Made by a program: the position numbers and the translations under genes | The notes under the pieces: generated by a model | Seen by the model: the letters and a program-made list of their open reading frames with translations, nothing else | The model's database searches: none | Told to the model about the DNA's origin: nothing | Shown: positions 46,780-57,003 of the stretch, in pieces | How the letters are laid out: each line of letters opens with the position of its first letter | Numbering within the stretch: position 1 is the first letter of the stretch | Origin: a virus | Taxonomy: Duplodnaviria > Caudoviricetes | DNA length: 64,000 nucleotides | Reading direction: 5' to 3' (one strand) | Virus record (IMG/VR): IMGVR_UViG_2929707518_000001 | Coordinates: 6,335 to 70,334 of that record

Positions 46780-47727
46780 TCAGGCCGCGGCGAGTGCGGG
46801 TTCGCGGATTCCGGCCGCGGCGGCGGTGAGGGCGAGGGCGAGCGGCGGCGGGACGGCGTTGCCGACGATGAGGTGCTGCTGGCCCTTGCGGCCGTGGAAG
46901 GCGAGGTCGGGCCGGAAGCCCTGGAGGGCGGCGCATTCGGCGACGGTCGGGGTCAGGCTGCGCAGGCCGCGGTCCGCCCACCGGTCGGTGCCGGCCGCGT
47001 TCCGCATGCCCTGCCTGCTGCCGTTCCCGAAGGGCTCCGCCCCGCCGGTCGCGGTGCCGCCGCCGGTGACGGTGGGTGCGGGCCGCTGCGTGTACCCCCA
47101 GCCGATGGCGTCGGCCATGGTGCGCAGTGGGGGCTGTCCGGGCCCGCCGTGGGTCGGGGCGGGCAGGAGGGCGTCGCGGTCGCGGGAGGCGGTGAGGACG
47201 GCGCGGAGCCGGTTCTGCGGCAGCCCGTAGCCGGCCGCGTCGACGACCGCGGTGTCGGCGCTGTATCCCCAGCTGCGGAGGATGTCGGCGTACTGCTCCC
47301 AGACGGGCAGGACCGACGGCACCTGCTCCATGCAGACCCAGGCCGGGCGGAGGTCGTGGAGCCAGCGCATGGGCTCGGCGGTGAGGATGCTGCGGACGTC
47401 GCGGCAGTCCGCGTCCAGAGCGGTGCGGGTGTCGCGGCCGACGGCGAGGTCCTCGACGGCCTGGTGGACGAGCGGCAGGTCGTACAGGCCCAGCTTCTTG
47501 CCGGACTTCCCGAATCCGGGGCAGGGCGGCGACGCGGTGAACCCGTTCGTCCGGCCGGTGAACGGCGCGGTGGGGTAGGCGGCGACGTCGCATTGGATGG
47601 TGGGGTGCCCGGCGGCGGCGCGGGTGCGGCAGGCGGGCCAGGCGAGTTCGAGGCCGGTCTCGGTGATGCCGAGACTGCGGGCGCCTTCGGCCCAGCCGAT
47701 GCCGGCGAACAGTCCGAGGTTGATCAT
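46780..47727 (-). CDS. DNA (cytosine-5) methyltransferase
   Basis: LFAGIG, SPPCPGF, EQV, YGLPQNRLR, LQGF and GNAVPP motifs. Confidence 0.92.
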   Translation of the reverse strand: MINLGLFAGIGWAEGARSLGITETGLELAWPACRTRAAAGHPTIQCDVAAYPTAPFTGRTNGFTASPPCPGFGKSGKKLGLYDLPLVHQAVEDLAVGRDTRTALDADCRDVRSILTAEPMRWLHDLRPAWVCMEQVPSVLPVWEQYADILRSWGYSADTAVVDAAGYGLPQNRLRAVLTASRDRDALLPAPTHGGPGQPPLRTMADAIGWGYTQRPAPTVTGGGTATGGAEPFGNGSRQGMRNAAGTDRWADRGLRSLTPTVAECAALQGFRPDLAFHGRKGQQHLIVGNAVPPPLALALTAAAAGIREPALAAA

Positions 47728-47771
47728 GAGGGTCTCCTGGGTGCGAGGGCGGGCGGGAACCGGGTAGCCGG

Positions 47772-48185
47772 TCAGGCGGGTTGGAAGGTCCACCAGCCGT
47801 CGTAGCCGTCGGGGATGTTCGGGTAGTTGGCGAGCATCGGTTCAAGGACGGTCAGGTCGAGGGCCATCTGGAAGGGCTCCTGGGCGCCCCAGTACCGTTC
47901 GCCGTCCCATCGACCGCAGGTGTCGCCGCCGTAGCGGCCGTCCAGGTCTGCGGAAAGGACCGCGTGGGGGGCGTCAAGGGGCAGGCGTTCCGGGAGGTAG
48001 TGGCTGAAGAGCTTCAGGGAGCCGATGCAGGCGTAGGTGATGCCGGCCCTGCGCCGGAACCAGAGTGCGTGGGCGCTGCCGCTGAACGTGATGCGGTCGC
48101 CGCGTTCGTGCTGCTTGCCGGTGATGGTGGAGAGGTCGATGGCGTAGGGCTTGCGGCTGATGAGGAAGCAGGTTTCGCGGCGCAT
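47772..48185 (-). CDS. Hypothetical protein
   Basis: AAAGG RBS. Confidence 0.6.
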   Translation of the reverse strand: MRRETCFLISRKPYAIDLSTITGKQHERGDRITFSGSAHALWFRRRAGITYACIGSLKLFSHYLPERLPLDAPHAVLSADLDGRYGGDTCGRWDGERYWGAQEPFQMALDLTVLEPMLANYPNIPDGYDGWWTFQPA

Positions 48186-48330
48186 CGGTGTGCCTTTCAG
48201 GCGGCGGGGTGGCTGCAGTTGGTGAACCAGGCGTGGTCGGGGTCGGTCGTGGATGCCTCGATTCGGTCGCAGGGTTCTGTTCTGACGGCCTGTGGGGGTG
48301 GTTCTGGTGTCCTTGGACCCTGGGGCGTTT

Positions 48331-48687
48331 TCAGGGCCTCTCAGGGGCCTTCAGGGCCTTCCGTGCTTGCCGCTGCTTCGTCCGGTACGCCTTCTCGCCC
48401 TCCCAGCACCCGTGCGGGCAGGCTTTCGGATCCTCGCCGCGGTAGACGTGGGCGGCATAGCCGGCGTGGTCTCCGTGGCGTTGCGGCCGGCCGTCGAGGA
48501 GACCGGCCCGGCAGGCGAGGAGGACGGCTTGCGGCATGGACGCGGCGCCCAGCTTCCGCATGACGCGGGTCGCCACGTTCGAGATGGACCCCTCGGTGAG
48601 GTAGATCCGGTGGCCGGTCTCGGCGTAGGTCTCGCCAGCAGCGGCGCCTTCGAGGACGGCCATCTCGTGGACGGTGAGGAGGGTCAT
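48331..48687 (-). CDS. LuxR-type HTH protein
   Basis: LTVHEMAVL...GETYAETG...VMRKLGA. Confidence 0.78.
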   Translation of the reverse strand: MTLLTVHEMAVLEGAAAGETYAETGHRIYLTEGSISNVATRVMRKLGAASMPQAVLLACRAGLLDGRPQRHGDHAGYAAHVYRGEDPKACPHGCWEGEKAYRTKQRQARKALKAPERP

Positions 48688-50913
48688 CGCGACCTCCGCA
48701 GCCGCTCCGCGACCGGGGTGCCGGTGGCGTCGAGGTGGCCGTCTGCGGTGGCGAGGAGGAGCAGGGCCCGCTCGAGGACGTCGGCGGGCGGCTCGAGGCG
48801 GTAGCAGCGGCGGAGGATGTCCGCGGTCCGGTCGGTGGCGGTCAGCCGCAGCGGGCGCGGCTTCGGCGCGGTCACTGGTCGGCCTCGGTGAGCGCCGCGT
48901 CGAAGCAGTGGGGGCAGTGCCGGTCGCCGCACGGCTGCCCCTGGCTGTGCGCCTTGGCGATGCGGTCGAGCTCGGCGCGGATCTCCGGGTCCTTGACGAT
49001 GCCGCCGGCGATCGACCAGGCGAGCTTCCAGGTGTCGACGGAGGTGTTGATCTCCTGGGCGAGGAGGTGGCGGAGGCGGTCGTCGGGCGGCGGGTAGGTC
49101 ATCGGGGTCTCCGTTCGTGAAAGGCTGGGTGGGCGCCCCGCCGAATTCGCCTCGGCGGGGCGCCCTGCGTGGTCGGCTGGTTGCCTGTCAGCCGATGGGT
49201 GCGGGGCGGGTCAGGCGGGCTGGCCGGTGGAGTCGAGCCGGTGGTAGTGGCTGATCCCGTCCCGGCCGGGCCGGCGAAGGCCGCGGCGGCATGCGTTCGG
49301 GTGGGCGGCCAGCAGTTCGGGCGTGCAGGGCACCCACGGTCCGGGGGCGGGTGGGCCGTCGAGGATCGCGAGGATGGCCATGCCGAGGTCCCAGGCGTCG
49401 GGCTCGTCGACGAGGTTGATGTGGGCGAGCAGGTTGCGGATGGCGGTGTGTCGCTCCGTGGTGGCTTCGGCGTGGAGGCGGAGGCGTTCGAGCTCGGTCA
49501 TCAGGCGGCCTTTCGGGTGCGGAGGTCGGTGGTCCGTTGGTGCGGGCTGGGGATGGGTCCGTGCCATTCGGTGCCGTTGAGGGCGGCGGCGAGGTCGGCG
49601 TGGTGCTGGGCGGCGGCGGGGTCGTGGCGGGCCCTGTAGCGGGCCGTGGCGGGCCGTGGGCCGCCGAAGGTACCGTCGGGCCACTGCTCGGCCAGGAGCG
49701 TCTCGAGGGGGCTCACCGCTTGGCCTCGATGACTGTCAGGTCGGAGGCCAAGCGGCGGACTTCGTGGGCGGCGGCGCACTGGCAGGTCATGAAGCAGCCC
49801 CCGCTGGTGCTGTGGTCGGGGCAGGAGCGCTCGAGGCTGTCAGCCGTGATGTTGAGGATCTTGGAGGCGTGTCCGTCGCGGTTGGCGGCGGCTTCCTCGG
49901 CTTTGGCCGCCCGCTGCTCGGCCTGCCGAACGCGGTGTTCGGCTTCGGCGAGGTACGGGATGACGCTGTTCTCGCGGCGGTCCCGGGCGGTGGTGCCGGC
50001 CTCCGTCGAGGTCAGGCCGTAATACATGCCGAGGGCAGTCCAGATACCGAGCCAGCTGTCGGCCTTGCGGATGCGGTTGAGGGTGGCTTGGGCGGCGTTG
50101 GGGGTCTGGGCTTGCAGGTTGAGCGCGGCGACCGTTGCCTTGCGGGCCTGCTCTTTGGCGTCGAGGACCTGCTGGTAGAGGCGGCCGACGGACGCTTCGG
50201 CTTGCTTGGCGCGGGTGGCCTGGCGGCGGGCCTGAAGGATGGTGGAGGCGTGTGCCAGGTCCCGGCGGTAGGAGTACTGGCGGGCTTCGATGGCCTTGTC
50301 CCGCCAGTAGTTGATCGTTTCGTGGCTTCCGAGTTCGACTGCCGAGCGGTCGCGCCTCGTTTGATCCAGCTCGGCGTACAGCTGGGCGAGGGCTTCTGGG
50401 GTGATCGTGTCGACGGTGTGCCGGGTCTCGGTCATGCGGCGGTGTCTCCGGCTTCTTCGTAGCGGCGGTTGTGGACGGGGCTGCTGTCGGGGCGTTGGAT
50501 GCCGTTGTCGTGGCAGGGGGTGCCGGGGGCGGTCTGGCAGGTGGGGCAGACGGCGGTGGCGGTGGCGTGGTCGGCGAGGCGGGCGGGGCAGGGGCCGGTC
50601 TTGGTGTGGCGGCCGGAGCGGGTGGTGCAGCGGGCACCTTCGGCGGCCGAGCAGTGGGGGCAGCGGACGGCGAACGCGGGATGCCGGGGCGGACGGCCGG
50701 CACGGAGGGTGGCGGGCATCGGGGCGGAACGGAGGCGATCGGTCATCGGTGGCCTGCCTTCCAGCAGTCGGGGCAGATGTCGCGACCTCGGGGCCGCTGG
50801 TGCCAGTCGGTCCAGAGACGGACCTCGGTCGAAGTGGTGGCCATGACGTGGCCGGCCTCGGCGCCGCAGTCGGGGCCGTCGCAGCGGATGACGGGGTAGC
50901 TGGCCGCGGTCAT
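48684..50913 (-). CDS. Seven small hypothetical genes (48684-48875, 48872-49102, 49211-49501, 49501-49716, 49713-50435, 50432-50746, 50743-50913), several with Zn-ribbon CxxC
   Basis: Translationally coupled ORFs; CPHC, CPTC and CPDC motifs. Confidence 0.55.
49131..49165. terminator. GC-rich hairpin
   Basis: GGGCGCCCCGCCGA-loop-TCGGCGGGGCGCCC. Confidence 0.55.
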
Positions 50914-51653
50914 GCGGCACCTCGACGACGACGGCTCGGGCCCTGCATCGGCACGATGTGCGTGATCTCGCGGAGCCTGTCGGCGATTCGCTCGCCGAGC
51001 TTGTCGGTCAGGTCGGGCCCCTGCTTGACGCCCCTGTCGTCGACCGCGGAGAGGGCGGGCAGGTTGCTGGTGATCAGCGTCGGCAGCGACTCGTTGTAGC
51101 GCTCGTTCAGCAGCCGGTACGTGGCCTCCTCGGTGAACTCGCTGATCTTCTCGGTGCCGAGGTCGTCGATGAGGAGCAGCGGGATCTTCTTCAGTCGCTT
51201 CACCTCGTACTCGGTGCCTCGCTCGCTGCCGCCGGGCCGCATCAGGGCGTACATGTCGGGGGCGGTAATCGCGATGACCTCGTACCGCTCGGGGCCGGCC
51301 TCGGCGATCCGGCGCAGGGCCCCGTAGGACTGGTGGGTCTTGCCGGTGCCGAACGATCCGGTCAGCAGGACGAAGCCGGCGGTGCGGGGATTGTCAACGA
51401 CGCGGTCGGCCCAGGCCTGGAGCTCGGGGTGGGTGCAGGTGGCGCCCTGGTAGCGGTACGGGGTGGCGGTCTCCCAGCGGGCGAGGGACCAGGCGGCGCG
51501 CCGGCGGCGGTGGTATTCCGGGTGGCCGGGCTCGTCCTCGTCGGGGGTGTCGTCGATCGGGCCGGGCTCGATGCGGTCGAGACCGCGGGCTTCGAGTACG
51601 CGCTGGAGACGGGCGGTGAGGTCGCCGTTGAAGGCGCGGCTGGGTTCGGGCAT
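50910..51653 (-). CDS. DnaC/IstB-like AAA+ helicase loader
   Basis: GSFGTGKT, LLIDDLG, ITSN and ERIADRL motifs. Confidence 0.9.
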   Translation of the reverse strand: MPEPSRAFNGDLTARLQRVLEARGLDRIEPGPIDDTPDEDEPGHPEYHRRRRAAWSLARWETATPYRYQGATCTHPELQAWADRVVDNPRTAGFVLLTGSFGTGKTHQSYGALRRIAEAGPERYEVIAITAPDMYALMRPGGSERGTEYEVKRLKKIPLLLIDDLGTEKISEFTEEATYRLLNERYNESLPTLITSNLPALSAVDDRGVKQGPDLTDKLGERIADRLREITHIVPMQGPSRRRRGAA

Positions 51654-51655
51654 GG

Positions 51656-52594
51656 TCAGAATCCGTTCGCGTAGTTGGCGTTCGGGTCGAGCCGGAAGGG
51701 CTGGTGCTTCTGGCCGTCGACGACTCGAAGGTTGGGCTGGCCGGCAGGCTCGTCGTCGTAGCAGCCCTTGTTCAGCCAGGTCGCCGGATGCTTCGTGTAC
51801 TTCGGGTCCTCGTTGGCGCGCTCTCTGGCGTAGGCCTGGGCGCCGTCGATCATCCGCTGGGGATCCGCGCCGCGTTCGAGTGCGGCAATCCAAGCCTTCT
51901 TGGCTTCCTCGCGGGACCGCTTGAGCGGGTAGTTGTGCCAGAAGGCGCCGAAAGCGGCGAGGTGGTGGTTCTCCTGCTGGCCGGTCTTGCCGTCCGCTTG
52001 GGGAGCGGGACGGCTGACGACGGCGGGAGAAGAGTCTTTATGTAGTTGGTTGACTGACGGTTGTTGGTGGTTAGGGCGGCGTTGAGTGCGTGACGGCTGG
52101 GCGTTAAGTGCGTGACGGCTGGGCGCAGAGTCTGTGACATCGCCTGTCACGGACTCTGAGTGCGTGACAGTCACGGACTCTCCGCCTGTGACGGTCACGG
52201 ACTCTGCGTCCGTGACGCCCTTCGAGCGGGACCGGCGCTTGCGCTCCGCCGCGGCAGCGCGATACTCGTTCTCCTCACGCTCCAGGTCCGCCCAGTCCGT
52301 GGCCGGCCGGACCAGCCCCATCGCGAGCTGCCACCGGGTTCGACCGTCGACAGTGCCGTCTCGCTCGATCAGCGAGGCCTTCTCCAGCCTCCGAAGGGCC
52401 CGCTGAACCGTGGTCCTGTCATAGCCGGTGCGGTACTGGATGCGGAGGATCGAGGGGTGCGAGTTCGAGCCGTCCGAGCGTGCGTGCTCGGCGAGCGCCT
52501 GAAGGACGTGCCGTCCGGTGGTGTCGGGCTTGCCCTTCTCGGTGCGCGACATGGGCGCATCGTCCATAGCCCAGTTCATGGCCTCGGTACTCAC
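51656..52594 (-). CDS. Replication initiator (N-terminal HTH, C-terminal FW..YP..K / HPATWLN domain)
   Basis: Motifs, internal iterons and position before the loader. Confidence 0.85.
   Translation of the reverse strand: MSTEAMNWAMDDAPMSRTEKGKPDTTGRHVLQALAEHARSDGSNSHPSILRIQYRTGYDRTTVQRALRRLEKASLIERDGTVDGRTRWQLAMGLVRPATDWADLEREENEYRAAAAERKRRSRSKGVTDAESVTVTGGESVTVTHSESVTGDVTDSAPSRHALNAQPSRTQRRPNHQQPSVNQLHKDSSPAVVSRPAPQADGKTGQQENHHLAAFGAFWHNYPLKRSREEAKKAWIAALERGADPQRMIDGAQAYARERANEDPKYTKHPATWLNKGCYDDEPAGQPNLRVVDGQKHQPFRLDPNANYANGF
52030..52216. repeat. Putative replication origin: iterons plus an AT-richer tract
   Basis: GTCACGGACTCT at 52146, 52170 and 52194 (24-bp period); AGTGCGTGACGGCTGGGCG twice (22-bp period). 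Confidence 0.75.
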
Positions 52595-52796
52595 GGTTCT
52601 CTTCTCTCGGGAGGGCGGCTTACGCGGCTGCTGGCGATGTCTCGGGCAGCCCTCATGGAGGCTTCGGCGAGGCCTTGTTCTGGCCCGTCGTGCGCTCTGA
52701 TCCTACCTCAGGGTGTATAGTCACCCGCAATACATCAGCAACACGAGAGGGGCGGAGGCGGTGACTAGTCAGTGCACGGTCAGCTACGCTGGCGAC

Positions 52797-52973
52797 ATGA
52801 CTACGAAGGGAACGCCCGGCCGCATGGTCCGAATCGACGATGAGACGTGGGCCGCCTACGGCGAGCTGTGCGCCGAGGAAGGCACATCCCGAGCCGACGA
52901 CATGCGCCGCCACGTGCACGCTCGGGTCAAGGCCTGGCGCGCTGCCCAGCGGAAGACCGCTGCCGCGTCCTGA
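52797..52973 (+). CDS. Ribbon-helix-helix (CopG/Arc-like) protein
   Basis: RMVRIDDETWAAYGELCAEEGTSRADDMRRHV; TACGCT-6 nt-ATG. Confidence 0.72.
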   Translation: MTTKGTPGRMVRIDDETWAAYGELCAEEGTSRADDMRRHVHARVKAWRAAQRKTAAAS

Positions 52974-52996
52974 CCTCATAGCTCCTCCTCTCCTCG

Positions 52997-53021
52997 GGCC
53001 CCGCGTTCACCGCGGGGCTTT
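52997..53021 (+). terminator. Terminator after the RHH gene
   Basis: GGCCCCGCG-TTCAC-CGCGGGGCTTT. Confidence 0.6.
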
Positions 53022-53044
53022 GTCGTGTGCGGGTGGCGGTGCCG

Positions 53045-53896
53045 CTAGGCGGCGGCGGCCTTGCGGGCGTAGTCGATGGCGTGCTGCAAGGCGTCTTTGG
53101 TCACGCCGAGCCGGTCTGCGGCCTGCTGGCGGCTGTGGCCGAGGCGTTCCAGCTCGCGGCCGTTCTCGGCGAGTACCACGTACCGCGGCGGTTCCGTCAT
53201 GGCCGGGGTGAAGGCGGGGTTGTCGAAGTCGTCCGCATCCCAGTAGGGGGAGGGCGGCCAGCCGTTCTTGCGGGCCCGGTTGCGGGCGGCGGTGACACCT
53301 GCCAGGCGCGGGCTGTGGGCTTCCGGCTGCAGCTGGTGGATGTTGTCGTAGAAGCGGCGGATGTTGGCGGCGGTGAAGAGCCGGACGTTGCCTTCGGTGC
53401 CGGTGCGGATCAAGTAGGAGAGGTAGCCGGTGCCGGCGCCGAGCCGGTCTTCGAGGACTCGCAGGGGCCATCCGTCGGCGGTGAGGGTCTGGAGCCGGCG
53501 GACGGTACCGAGTGCCGGAACCCATGCGCCGTTCCGGGTGGGCTCGTCGCTGGGGGCCGGTACGGGGATGGCGAGGATCTTGGCGGCGGTGAAGTGCCGG
53601 ATGGGTGAGCCGGTTCGGATCATGTAGTTGAGGCGGCCCGAGTTCAGGCCGGCTGCCGCGTTGATTTCGGCGTCCGTCATTCCCGCGGCGCGCAGGGCCC
53701 AGATGCGGGCGATGGCCGGGCCGGCAGGGATGAGGGAGGAGCGGCCGATGCTGCGGAGGTACTCCCACTTCTTGGACTCGGCATTGACGGCGTTGAGGCA
53801 GGGCCGGCAGGTGCAGCCGCGACGGTAGCGGCTGGCGGTGCCGTGGTCGGGGAGCGGTCCGGGCTGGCGTACACGGGGGGCTGTGGCGGTGCTCAC
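53045..53896 (-). CDS. Hypothetical multi-HTH DNA-binding protein
   Basis: HGT...GCTCRPC, GTVRRLQTL and C-terminal QAADRLGV. Confidence 0.7.
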   Translation of the reverse strand: MSTATAPRVRQPGPLPDHGTASRYRRGCTCRPCLNAVNAESKKWEYLRSIGRSSLIPAGPAIARIWALRAAGMTDAEINAAAGLNSGRLNYMIRTGSPIRHFTAAKILAIPVPAPSDEPTRNGAWVPALGTVRRLQTLTADGWPLRVLEDRLGAGTGYLSYLIRTGTEGNVRLFTAANIRRFYDNIHQLQPEAHSPRLAGVTAARNRARKNGWPPSPYWDADDFDNPAFTPAMTEPPRYVVLAENGRELERLGHSRQQAADRLGVTKDALQHAIDYARKAAAA

Positions 53897-53966
53897 TGGT
53901 CTTCCTCCGTCCGGCGGGTCTGGTGGGGGATCTGGGTGATGCAGGCGCCGGCGACCTGCGAGGCGC

Positions 53967-54305
53967 TCATGCGGCGGCGCCCCGGCCTGCTGCGGCGATC
54001 AGGGTGGCCGTCCCGCGCCACTTGCGGACTGCGGATTTGTCGCGGGTCTGTCCGTAGCCGGCGGTTCGGGTTATGCCGTCGCGGTGGCAGGCGGCGGCGA
54101 ATCGGCCCCAGTCGTGGTCGGGGTCCGGGGGGATCGGGAGGCTGTACTCCTGCTCGATCTGCCAGAACATGAACGTCCTGCCGGACTCGGCGACCGCGAT
54201 CACGGTGGGGCGGACGGTGTCAGCCCAGGTCTCGTAGTCGTCGATGCGCTGGCGGGCGCGGCTGGTGGGGATGGTGCCGTCGAGGGCGGGCTGCACAGCG
54301 GTCAT
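53967..54305 (-). CDS. Hypothetical protein
   Basis: GGAGG RBS. Confidence 0.6.
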   Translation of the reverse strand: MTAVQPALDGTIPTSRARQRIDDYETWADTVRPTVIAVAESGRTFMFWQIEQEYSLPIPPDPDHDWGRFAAACHRDGITRTAGYGQTRDKSAVRKWRGTATLIAAAGRGAAA

Positions 54306-54378
54306 GGCGTGGACCTCCGATATGTGCTCTGCTTGGGGTGGGCCGCCCCCGATTCCGGCGAGGGCGGCCCGAGTGCTG

Positions 54379-55191
54379 CTACTGGGCGCTGGCCGTCAGC
54401 TCGTCGGCGGTGACGCGGACGGGCGGGAACTCCTCGGCGACCGTGACTTCGCCGCGATCGATCGACTTGAAGATCACGCCAAGCTGGGCAACGTCGTGCT
54501 CGTTCCAGTCCTTCTGGAGGCGGCCGAGCTTCGTCTCGATCTGGGCGAGGGTGACTCCTCGCCCGCCAAAGGCCTTGAGAGCGTCAGCGATGCGCTGAGG
54601 GAGCGGCTTGCCTCCGCCGTCCTTGAGGGTGCGGTTGCAGGCCTCGATGGCTTCCTCCACGAACCAGGGCGGGAGGACCGACCGGATCGCTTCCCGAAGT
54701 CGTCGGGCGCCGTTGTTGGCTGTGTTCTCGTAGATGTCGCGGAGGTCGACGAGCTTCTCGGGGCCGCCACGCTTGTCCCTCATGTGCGGGACGACGAAGA
54801 TCTGTGCGGCTCGGGTGTTGGTCTGCAGGTCCCAGGCGAAGGCCTGCATTTCGGAGATGCCGGCTTCGTCGTCGCGCCGGAGTTCGGCGATGCCGTAGGT
54901 GATGTTGCCGAAGCAGCGGGCGAGTTCGCGCATCAGGCCGACCGTGGGGCCGGAGACGGTCGATCCGCCACGGCTGTACCGGTAGAAGGCCCGCTCTGCC
55001 ATAGCGTCGAGGCCGCAGGACTGGCGCATCTCGGTGACCGCGAACTGGATGTTGCGGGGGTGCTGCTGGGCGACGACGACCATGGCTTGGACCTCAGCCA
55101 CGGCACGGGACTGCTCGACGGCGGTGGCCTGCCCCAACTGAGCAGGCGGGGCGGACGGGGCCATGAGGCGCTGGAGGGAGTCGGTGGTCAT
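54379..55191 (-). CDS. Putative single-strand annealing/recombinase partner of the exonuclease
   Basis: RecT position; AAGGA RBS; family not recognised with certainty. Confidence 0.5.
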   Translation of the reverse strand: MTTDSLQRLMAPSAPPAQLGQATAVEQSRAVAEVQAMVVVAQQHPRNIQFAVTEMRQSCGLDAMAERAFYRYSRGGSTVSGPTVGLMRELARCFGNITYGIAELRRDDEAGISEMQAFAWDLQTNTRAAQIFVVPHMRDKRGGPEKLVDLRDIYENTANNGARRLREAIRSVLPPWFVEEAIEACNRTLKDGGGKPLPQRIADALKAFGGRGVTLAQIETKLGRLQKDWNEHDVAQLGVIFKSIDRGEVTVAEEFPPVRVTADELTASAQ

Positions 55192-55619
55192 GCTTCCTTC
55201 TTCCGGGCTCGGTAGCGGCGGTTCGCTTCGTTCACGCAGGTCCGGCAGGCCCGGCCGCGCGGCCCATTCGGACGGGAGTTCTCGGGGGTGAAGGCGTGGC
55301 CGTTCTTGCAGTGCGTCCGGCGCTGTACGCCGGCGGCGTGCGAGCCGCGGGCGACGTTGACGGCACGGGTTACGGGTTCGAGGTGGTCGGGGTTGCAGCA
55401 GGCCCGAACGCGGCAGAGGTGATCGAGATCCGAGCCATCGGGGATCGGGCCGACAAGGAGTTCCCAGACGACGCGGTGGACGATGGCGGCACCGTCTCGG
55501 CGACCTTTGCTGATGGCTCCGTAGCCGCCGCGGTTCTTCGCGCCAGTCCACAGCCAGCAGATGCCGGTGGCGTCGACCTTCGAAAAGAGGCGTTCCTCGA
55601 TCGACTTGACGGCCCTCAC
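55188..55619 (-). CDS. HNH endonuclease
   Basis: CWLWTG, HRVVW, LDHLCRVRACCNPDHL and CKNGH motifs. Confidence 0.88.
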   Translation of the reverse strand: MRAVKSIEERLFSKVDATGICWLWTGAKNRGGYGAISKGRRDGAAIVHRVVWELLVGPIPDGSDLDHLCRVRACCNPDHLEPVTRAVNVARGSHAAGVQRRTHCKNGHAFTPENSRPNGPRGRACRTCVNEANRRYRARKKEA

Positions 55620-56491
55620 GAGTACTCCTCGTCGTGACGGAGCTGGGCCCAGACGGGCAGGGACGTGATGGCGACACCGTCGTGGTAGCCAGGCCAGATG
55701 CCTGAGGCCTGGCATTCGGCGTAGGTGTCGATGGCCCGCCGGTTCTTCTCACGCCCTCGGCGGACCGTCTCGCGGTCCAGCTCGACCACGGTGATCAGGT
55801 AGGGAGCGGTCTTCTCCTGGAAGACGAAGACCATGACCGTGTCCTCGTCGCCGAGGCCGAGGGCTATGGCGCCGTCTCGGTACCAGGCGTCCTGGCAGTG
55901 GTAGCCGCGCTCGTTGACGGTCTTGGAGATGGCGTCGAGGCTGGCGTCGACGGTCGTCTTGTAGTCGGCGAGGATCAGCCGGCCGCCGCTGGTCCTGTGC
56001 TTGGTCCAGTCGATCAGCGCCCTGCGGGTGACCCCGGACGGGCCGTCCTGCCAGAACAGGGCTTGCTCGGGAATGCCCTCGCCGGGAGTGAAGAGGGGGC
56101 CGGCGATGGGGTGGCGGCGGATCGCTTCGGCCATCGCCTTGACCTGCTCGCACTCCTTGGTGAGGAGCGGCACCCGGCCGTCGAAGCGGGCGGCATCGCG
56201 GTCGGCCTGCGCGCCTTTTGCCTTGTAGTCGGTGTACTTGATCTCAGCGATCTCGGCGCCTTCGCCGAGTACGAGACGGTGGGCTGCGTGGCCGAGGTCG
56301 AAGACCCGCTTGGGCGGCTGGCCGTGTTCCCGCTCGTAGTGGAAGACGGCCGGGCAGGAAGGGGGAAGGAGCTTGCGGGCGCCGGAAGAGGAGAGGCTGC
56401 CGCCAGGTACGGGGTCGGCGTGGTACTGGTCGGCGGTCATCTGGTAGATGCCGGGCTCGGTTACGACGAGCGTCTCGGCGATCGTGGTCAT
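55616..56491 (-). CDS. RecE/exonuclease VIII-like PD-(D/E)XK nuclease
   Basis: YHAD...LSSS, GHAAH, D...DYKT, Y..QDAWY and EKTAPY motifs. Confidence 0.85.
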   Translation of the reverse strand: MTTIAETLVVTEPGIYQMTADQYHADPVPGGSLSSSGARKLLPPSCPAVFHYEREHGQPPKRVFDLGHAAHRLVLGEGAEIAEIKYTDYKAKGAQADRDAARFDGRVPLLTKECEQVKAMAEAIRRHPIAGPLFTPGEGIPEQALFWQDGPSGVTRRALIDWTKHRTSGGRLILADYKTTVDASLDAISKTVNERGYHCQDAWYRDGAIALGLGDEDTVMVFVFQEKTAPYLITVVELDRETVRRGREKNRRAIDTYAECQASGIWPGYHDGVAITSLPVWAQLRHDEEYS

Positions 56492-57003
56492 GCGGCGCCG
56501 CCTTCGATGAGGGACGTGTAGAAGCAGTGGCCGGCCCGCTCGCTGTGGAGCTCGACGAGACCCTTACGGTGCAGGTCTTCGAGGCAGCGGCGTGCGACAG
56601 AGCGGTAGACATTGGTGCCGCTGCCTCGATGGAGGACGGCCTTCGCGCGGCCTGGAGTCCATTCGCCACCCTCGTTGGTGATGGCTTGGAGGAGCGCGGA
56701 CTTCGCGAGCCGGGGGCCCATGGGGCGCTGATGGATTGCTTTGGGGTTCAGCACGTAGGCGCGCTGCCCATCGACGGCGCGGGGGATGAGCTGGCTGCGG
56801 AAGGCGAGGTCGCGCAGGTCACGACGGACGGCGTTGCGGCCGATGCCAGACCAAGGGGTGGCGCTGTACAGGTCTTGGGCTCGCCGCGTTGTGACGGGCC
56901 GACGCGGGTCTTCCTTGATGAGCGCGAACAGGCTGTCGCGGCGGACGGTGACGCCCAGGCCTGCCCTCGCCTCGGCGGGGATGACGGGCGTTTCGATACT
57001 CAC
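56488..57003 (-). CDS. Tandem winged-helix-like protein
   Basis: Two RRDLRDL / RRCLEDL repeats. Confidence 0.55.
   Translation of the reverse strand: MSIETPVIPAEARAGLGVTVRRDSLFALIKEDPRRPVTTRRAQDLYSATPWSGIGRNAVRRDLRDLAFRSQLIPRAVDGQRAYVLNPKAIHQRPMGPRLAKSALLQAITNEGGEWTPGRAKAVLHRGSGTNVYRSVARRCLEDLHRKGLVELHSERAGHCFYTSLIEGGAA

Noticed and set aside
52080-52216. Periodic repeats as a CRISPR array
   Set aside because: They are in-frame within the initiator, have a 22-24 bp period and lack unique spacers of CRISPR length; they fit iterons.
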